In this document: positions 58,625 through 64,000 of the stretch, in pieces
Numbering within the stretch: position 1 is the first letter of the stretch
Layout: the number at the start of each line of letters is the position of its first letter
NCBI GenBank assembly: GCA_965208835.1
Contig: OZ242358.1
Location: 2,240,001-2,304,000, forward strand
From: Candidatus Latescibacterota bacterium
Lineage (GTDB): Bacteria > Latescibacterota > UBA2968 > GCA-2709665
Length of the DNA: 64,000 nt
Direction: 5' to 3'
Made by a program: the position numbers and the translations under genes
The notes under the pieces: generated by a model
Told to the model about the DNA's origin: nothing
The model's input: the letters and a program-made list of their open reading frames with translations, nothing else
Database searches by the model: none

Positions 58625-59389
58625 ATGGCTGTTGTTGAAATGAAGGCCTTGCTGGAGGCCGGAGTCCACTTCGGGCACCAGACCCGCCGTTGGAACCCGA
58701 AGATGAGCAAGTTCATCTTTATCGAACGCAACGGCATCTACATCATCGATCTTCAGAAGACGCTGCGGCAGATTGAGGAAGCCTACCGCGTAATCAGCGA
58801 GGCCGTGGAACAGGGCGAATCGGTACTATTTGTGGGAACCAAAAAGCAGGCGAAAGACGTCATTCTTCAAGAAGCGAAGCGCTGCGAGATGTTTCACGTA
58901 ACCGAACGTTGGCTTGGGGGCATGCTCACGAATTACCAGACGATTCGCCAGAGCATTCGGCGCCTCGAAACCCTCGACAAGATGGGCGCGGACGGGACCT
59001 ACGAGAAGTTGACGAAAAAAGAGGTATTGCGGCTGGAGCGCGAGCGTGAGAAACTGGAGAGGTCCCTGAGCGGTATCCGGGATATGGGCCGTCTGCCCGG
59101 GCTGGTATTCGTAGTAGACATAAAGAAGGAAAAGATCGCCGTTCACGAAGCGAGGCGTCTCAATATACCGGTTGTGGCCATTGTCGACACCAATTGCAAT
59201 CCGGACGACGTCGACTATCCGATTCCCGGTAACGACGACGCGATCCGGTCCATCGGACTCATTACCCGCCTGGTCGCCGATGGGGTGCTGCACGGGCAGA
59301 AGATTGGGCGGGAAGGACCCGACCGGACGGAAGAGGAACCCCAGATGCTTGGCCCGGAAATTACTGAGATAACCGAAGTCAATGAATGA
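58625..59389 (+). CDS. rpsB: 30S ribosomal protein S2
   Basis: [35 protein letters not shown]. Confidence 0.98.
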   Translation: MAVVEMKALLEAGVHFGHQTRRWNPKMSKFIFIERNGIYIIDLQKTLRQIEEAYRVISEAVEQGESVLFVGTKKQAKDVILQEAKRCEMFHVTERWLGGMLTNYQTIRQSIRRLETLDKMGADGTYEKLTKKEVLRLEREREKLERSLSGIRDMGRLPGLVFVVDIKKEKIAVHEARRLNIPVVAIVDTNCNPDDVDYPIPGNDDAIRSIGLITRLVADGVLHGQKIGREGPDRTEEEPQMLGPEITEITEVNE

Positions 59390-59435
59390 CGATCAGGCTT
59401 GGAACTGAGAGGCGCTACGTCCGCGGGGAGAACAG

Positions 59436-60035
59436 ATGGCAATTTCTGCGAAGATGGTTCAGGAACTACGGTCAAAGACCAACGTGGGGATGATGGATTG
59501 CAAGAAGGCCCTCGTCGAGAGTGGCGGGGACATGGAGAAAGCTATTGAGCTTCTGCGGACGCGCGGCGTCGCCAAGGCGGAAGACCGTGCGCACAAGACG
59601 GCGAAAGAGGGGTTGATTACATCTTACATTCACACCGGCAGCAAGCTCGGTGTGATGCTGGAAGTCAACAGCGAGACTGATTTCGTCGCCCGTACGGATC
59701 AGTTCCAGACGTTTGCCAGGGACCTCGCAATGCACATCGCCGCCAGCGCGCCGATCGCCGTGAGCCGGGATCAACTGGATGAAGCGGGTATAGAGCGGGA
59801 ACGCAGGATCTTCAGGCAGCAGGCGCTGGATGAGGGCAAACCCGAGCGGGTTCTCGATCGGATCGTGGACGGACGTCTAGAGAAGTATTATCAGGATGTA
59901 TGCCTGATGGAACAGCCCTTTGTTAAGGATCCGGACAAGACCGTCAGAGACCTGTTGATGGATCTGATCGCACAGTGCGGTGAGAATGTGACCGTCAGAA
60001 GGTTCGAGCGGTTTGTCTTGGGAGAGGAGAGCTGA
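59436..60035 (+). CDS. tsf: elongation factor Ts (short form)
   Basis: GMMDCKKAL, EVNSETDFVA, MHIAA, QPFVKD. Confidence 0.97.
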   Translation: MAISAKMVQELRSKTNVGMMDCKKALVESGGDMEKAIELLRTRGVAKAEDRAHKTAKEGLITSYIHTGSKLGVMLEVNSETDFVARTDQFQTFARDLAMHIAASAPIAVSRDQLDEAGIERERRIFRQQALDEGKPERVLDRIVDGRLEKYYQDVCLMEQPFVKDPDKTVRDLLMDLIAQCGENVTVRRFERFVLGEES

Positions 60036-60140
60036 GTGCGTCAAATGCCGGCGCGATAAACCAGACCGGCCAGCCACGGGGCTCAGGTTCGGAATCTCCC
60101 TATCAGACGACTTCCGTTTATTTGTTAAGGGACGAAGCAG

Positions 60141-60698
60141 ATGGTCGACGAGATTATTTCAGAGACCAGGCAGTCGATGGCGAAAGCCGTTGAAGCGTTC
60201 CAGCACGAAATGGGAACGGTTCGTACGGGGCGTGCAAACACGGCTTTGCTGGACAATATCCGTGCTGAATATTACGGTACGCAGGTGCCGTTGAACCAGG
60301 TCGCGACCATTGGCGTACCGGAGCCGAGGTTGATCGTACTTCAGCCGTGGGACAAGAGCGCGATTCCGGCAATCGAAAAGGCCATCCAGACGTCGAATCT
60401 GGGTCTGACGCCGTCCAGCGACGGGACCGTCATCCGCCTGCCGATACCCCATCTGACGGAGGAGCGCCGCACGGAACTCGTGCGTGTGGTTCGGCAGATG
60501 GCGGAAGACAGCAAGGTCTCTGTAAGGAACGCACGTCGGGACGCCAACGAGATGTTGAAAGACGGCCAGAAAGAGGGCGAGATACCTGAAGACGAATCCA
60601 GGAAGGGGCAGGATCAGGTGCAGAAGCTGACCGACGACTTCGTGGCGGAAATCGACGAGCTGCTGGTGCGGAAGGAAGAGGAGATTATGGAGGTCTGA
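60141..60698 (+). CDS. frr: ribosome recycling factor
   Basis: VRTGRA, YYG, PLNQVA, LTEERR, VRNARRD. Confidence 0.97.
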   Translation: MVDEIISETRQSMAKAVEAFQHEMGTVRTGRANTALLDNIRAEYYGTQVPLNQVATIGVPEPRLIVLQPWDKSAIPAIEKAIQTSNLGLTPSSDGTVIRLPIPHLTEERRTELVRVVRQMAEDSKVSVRNARRDANEMLKDGQKEGEIPEDESRKGQDQVQKLTDDFVAEIDELLVRKEEEIMEV

Positions 60699-60723
60699 AA
60701 CCTCGCGATCGTCCTCCGCCAGT

Positions 60724-60765
60724 CGCCGCTTTCAGGTCTTCCGAGGGTGGCGTTTTTTGTTTTTG
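60724..60765 (+). terminator. intrinsic terminator after frr
   Basis: CGCCGCTTTC / GAGGGTGGCG stem followed by TTTTTTGTTTTT. Confidence 0.75.
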
Positions 60766-60830
60766 TGCTGATCACGAAAAGTTTCGGGACCGGATCCTGG
60801 AGAATCCCTGAAAGGATAACTCGGTAACCC

Positions 60831-60987
60831 AGTGTTCTGTCCCGGAAATAAGTTGCCTAAATTCGACCGCCGAGTCGCCCGACTCGCAAGGCGCCTCCGA
60901 CCTGCGTAAGGTCGGCGAGCGAGGGGAACGTAGCGAGACGGGATGAATCGCCGGTCGAATGGTGAGGAATTTTTGGGACAGGACACC
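60831..60987. mobile_element. MITE family C copy
   Basis: AGTGTTCTGTCCCGGAAAT ... ATTTTTGGGACAGGACACC; ends 2 nt before the next start codon. Confidence 0.85.
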
Positions 60988-60989
60988 AG

Positions 60990-61862
60990 GTGCTCATTGG
61001 CTTTGTGGGTGACTTGCACGGGCGTGTGCTTCACGCGCTCGCCCTGATTGTGACGTGGCAGAAACGAAACGGCCGGCGTTTCGACCTGCTGGTCCAGGTC
61101 GGGGACATGGGAGCCTTTCCGGGCATGTCCAGCCTCGAACGGACCGCCAATCGTCACTTTGCTCTGGATCCTTCACAACGCGACTTCGTTCGTCTGATAT
61201 GCGCTGACGAAGGTCTGGCAGAGTCTTTGGGCCGGTTGCGGCGATGTTTGGCGGGACCCGTCCACTTCATCCGTGGCAATCATGACGATTTCGACTGGCT
61301 GGAACGACTGCCGCGGTATTCGGGTTCCGGGACAGCAGCCGTTGATCGTTGCGGGTTGATGCGTTACGTGCCGGACGGTAAGGTGATGACGTTCGGCGGG
61401 TTGCGTATCGCGTTTCTCGGCGGCGTCGAGGAACGGGATGATGCGGCCGGCATCAAACGCGGCGCGTATGAAACGCTTCTGGCTCTGGAACCTGGTAGTA
61501 TCGACGTGCTTGTGACTCATCAGGGTCCGTACGGCAGCAGCACCGGATTCAGAGGCGACATTCATGGATCTCGCATGATCACTGACCTGATCGAGATTAC
61601 TCGCCCGACGTTTCAAGTGGCCGGTCACGCCCACGTCCTTTCGGGCCCGACCCGGTTTGGCGAGACGACGTATCTTGGGCTGGATTGCGTGATTCCTTCC
61701 CCCCTGTATCAACCCGAAGCGCGAGGGTTTCAACCAGGGAGTCTCGGCGTACTCGATACTGACCCTGGCAAGCTGGAGCCGGTTGCCGACGATTGGCTGG
61801 CCGAATTCGAAACGCCGTTCGATTTCAATCGCTGGTACGAAAAGGTTCGTTGCGCTTCCTGA
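60990..61862 (+). CDS. metallophosphoesterase (calcineurin-like)
   Basis: GDLHG, VGD, GNHD, VTH and GHAH motifs. Confidence 0.88.
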   Translation: MLIGFVGDLHGRVLHALALIVTWQKRNGRRFDLLVQVGDMGAFPGMSSLERTANRHFALDPSQRDFVRLICADEGLAESLGRLRRCLAGPVHFIRGNHDDFDWLERLPRYSGSGTAAVDRCGLMRYVPDGKVMTFGGLRIAFLGGVEERDDAAGIKRGAYETLLALEPGSIDVLVTHQGPYGSSTGFRGDIHGSRMITDLIEITRPTFQVAGHAHVLSGPTRFGETTYLGLDCVIPSPLYQPEARGFQPGSLGVLDTDPGKLEPVADDWLAEFETPFDFNRWYEKVRCAS

Positions 61863-61871
61863 CGACTGAAT

Positions 61872-62606
61872 ATGCTATTGTTGACGGTAGTCGCGATCGT
61901 GTTTATCTCCGCGCTGGTCCATTCGACGCTCGGGTTCGGGACGGCCCTGGTGGCGATGCCGTTGCTCGTGACGGTCCTGGATGTCAGCGTCGCGACGCCT
62001 CTCGTCGGCCTGACGATGCTGACGACAATCGCCCTGCTTCTTGTCGGATCCTGGCGGGACCTGGAGGTCAGGTCGGCTCTGCATTTGCTCGCCGCATCCA
62101 TTCCTGGAATTCCTGTCGGTCTGATGATCCTGCGTTTTGTACCCCAGGATGGGTTCAAGGCCGGGCTGGGCATTCTGCTCATTGCCGTGGGTCTCTATAA
62201 CCTGCGTACGTCTGTACTGCCGAGGCTGAAACATATCGGTTGGGCGCACGGGTTCGGTTTCGTGTCAGGCATGCTCGGCGCCGCATACAACGTCAACGCC
62301 GCGCCCGTTGCCGTCTACGGGATCCTGCGGCGGTGGCCTCCGGAACACTTCAAATCGACGCTGCAGGGGTATTTTTTCCCCTCTACCCTGTTCATAGTTG
62401 CCAGCCACGGATTGGCCGGCCTGTGGACGGGCGACGTATTCGGTTACTATCTGCCGGCCGTGCCCGCTGTCATTCTCGCGGTTGTTCTGGGCCGGTTCAT
62501 CGGCGCACGCATTGCACCTGATCGATTTCAGCGCGTTCTCTACGTGGCCCTGATGGCATTCGGTATGATGCTCCTGGTTTCGCCCTTGTTAGCCGCCGTG
62601 GATTGA
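61872..62606 (+). CDS. TauE/SafE sulfite exporter family protein
   Basis: GFGTALVAMP, GIPVG, GFVSGMLG, about 8 TMs. Confidence 0.88.
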   Translation: MLLLTVVAIVFISALVHSTLGFGTALVAMPLLVTVLDVSVATPLVGLTMLTTIALLLVGSWRDLEVRSALHLLAASIPGIPVGLMILRFVPQDGFKAGLGILLIAVGLYNLRTSVLPRLKHIGWAHGFGFVSGMLGAAYNVNAAPVAVYGILRRWPPEHFKSTLQGYFFPSTLFIVASHGLAGLWTGDVFGYYLPAVPAVILAVVLGRFIGARIAPDRFQRVLYVALMAFGMMLLVSPLLAAVD

Positions 62607-62657
62607 CGCATCGCAAAACCTGAATCGCAGGAACCTGTATTTAGCATGTTTTGGGTT

Positions 62658-62846
62658 TTTCGTAGTTTCGCGAATTTCGGTTTTTGCAGTTTCGTATTCT
62701 CGTAGTTTCGCATTCTTCGCGCCTCTTGCAGTTTCGTGTGTTTTTCGCCTTTCGTAGTTTCGCAGTTTTTTCGTAGTCTCGTATTCTCGCAGTTTCGCAG
62801 TTTTTCGCCTTTCGTAGTTTCGCATTCTCGTAGTTTCGTTTTTTCG
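62658..62846. repeat. degenerate ~8-nt tandem array (TAGTTTCG / CATTCTCG / CAGTTTCG)
   Basis: About 20 units ending in TCG, T-rich on the + strand; GTTTTTCGCCTTTCGTAGTTTCGCA occurs twice, 60 nt apart. Confidence 0.9.
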
Positions 62847-62860
62847 AAAGGGAGAGTTTC

Positions 62861-63223
62861 GTGAACGCCACAGAACCCATGGTCGTCCATTACGTCGCGG
62901 ATATGGATAAAGCGTTGCCTTTCTACCGCGATGTCCTCGGACTGAAGGTGGAGTTCGAATCGACGGGATGGAGTACGCTGCGCTGCGGCGGTTGCATCGT
63001 TGCGCTCCATATCCTGTCCCCGGGAATGACCGAGGGCGCGGTCGCCCATGCCGGTCTGAATCTCCACGTGGATGATCTCGATGCCGCCGTGAAGGAAGTC
63101 GCGGCCGGCGGCGGAGAGGTAAAAAACATCCGCGAAGCCGGCGGGGGCATACCGGTGCGTATCGCCGTCATCGCCGACCCGGTTGGCAACGTCTTCGAAC
63201 TCCGGCAGTACGTCGGCGACTGA
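62861..63223 (+). CDS. VOC/glyoxalase family protein
   Basis: VADMDKALPFYRDVLG, VDDLDAA, ADPVGNVFEL. Confidence 0.9.
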   Translation: MNATEPMVVHYVADMDKALPFYRDVLGLKVEFESTGWSTLRCGGCIVALHILSPGMTEGAVAHAGLNLHVDDLDAAVKEVAAGGGEVKNIREAGGGIPVRIAVIADPVGNVFELRQYVGD

Positions 63224-63257
63224 ATCCGGGACCTCTCCCCCGAACCCCTTAAAAGCG

Positions 63258-63498
63258 GGGAGACGCAAGACGGGAGACGGGGAGAAAACCGGGTAGACGG
63301 GAGACGTAAGACGGTAGAAGAAAGGCGGGTAGAGGTGAGAGGGTAGACGGTAGATGATATCCTCGCCCGAAATTTAATTCCTCGCTGCCTCCGGCACGAA
63401 AAGAATCCTCACGAGGCAGGACATCTCTAACCTCTCCCGGCTTACGTCTCACCAGGTGGTGGGCTGTGGTGTGGTCTTCTACCCTCTACCGTCTACCC
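63258..63498. repeat. degenerate heptamer array (GGGAGAC/GGTAGAC) with an inverted partner array
   Basis: Direct units at 63258-63354; reverse-complement units at 63424-63453 and 63478-63498. Confidence 0.8.
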
Positions 63499-63574
63499 GA
63501 TTCATGCTCTTCGTGGCCAATTGAGCGGTTATCTTTTTTCGAATTGAGTTTAACGACTTGAAGGAGGTCTCTTC

Positions 63575-64000
63575 GTGAAGAATTGTATACTCGCGGTGAT
63601 ACTGTCTGCCGTTGTCCTGTTCGCGTGGGGGTTTATCTCGTGGACGATTTTGCCCTGGCATAACGCGGTTGCGAACAAATTCACAGACGAATCGGCCGTT
63701 TCATCGGTCCTCAAGGAAAACGCGCCTTCGGCCGGGATGTATTATCTTCCGTTTGAGCAGGAAGACCTCAAGCCCGGGGTGTTGTTCGCACTCGCGAACG
63801 TCCTGCCGGACGGGGTCGATATGAATATGGGCGAAATGATGGGAGTTGGCCTGCTCGGTCAGGCGGTCTCCGCCCTGCTCGTAATCCTTCTTCTGTGCAG
63901 GACGTCGAACCTGGACTACTGGGGACGGGTCCGCTTCGTCGCGCTCGCAGGCGTGGCCATCGGTTTTGTGAGCCACTTCCCCTACTGGAACTGGTTCGGT
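63575..64000 (+). CDS. membrane protein, 3'-truncated by window edge
   Basis: GTG start after AAGGAGG; MKNCILAVILSAVVLFAWGFISWTILPWH...GMYYLP...PYWNWFG, open to the window end. Confidence 0.8.
   Translation, partial: MKNCILAVILSAVVLFAWGFISWTILPWHNAVANKFTDESAVSSVLKENAPSAGMYYLPFEQEDLKPGVLFALANVLPDGVDMNMGEMMGVGLLGQAVSALLVILLLCRTSNLDYWGRVRFVALAGVAIGFVSHFPYWNWFG

Noticed and set aside
62658-62846. CRISPR array
   Set aside because: Units are about 8 nt and contiguous, with no unique spacers and no cas genes.
62540-63268. Minus-strand ORFs rich in K/R/E/N/T repeats
   Set aside because: They are translations of the octamer array or antisense to the well-supported VOC gene.
1-64000. Autonomous IS, prophage, integron or recognised defence system
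   Set aside because: No transposase, integrase, phage structural, cas or restriction-modification motifs were recognised in the ORF track.

Overview
GC-rich chromosomal window from a diderm bacterium. A C-terminal DFDxxGxVDFxDF dockerin/EF-hand module, a short EF-Ts and many Gfo/Idh/MocA, AP-endonuclease-2 and DUF1080 genes suggest a Latescibacterota/Gemmatimonadota-like lineage (inference). Housekeeping genes are ssb (partial), prmA, thrC, uvrB-nadC-birA-coaX, dppABC and rplM-rpsI-rpsB-tsf-frr, which lacks pyrH. Accessory content includes sugar-catabolic genes, a Lol-like ABC operon, a two-DUF3179 outer-membrane cluster, a helicase-associated/WYL protein and a DksA/TraR zinc-finger fusion. 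Three families of non-autonomous MITEs are scattered through the window; one copy is nested in another, one lies in frame in a CDS and one sits in the rpsB leader. I saw no rRNA, tRNA, CRISPR array or transposase. The best novelty candidate is a self-contained ~255-nt transcription unit at 57135-57390, just before rplM. It has its own sigma70 promoter and terminator, a 14-15 nt complement to the 16S rRNA 3' end, an 11-codon ORF and a predicted pseudoknotted RNA body. All annotations come from reading motifs by eye; no database searches were run.
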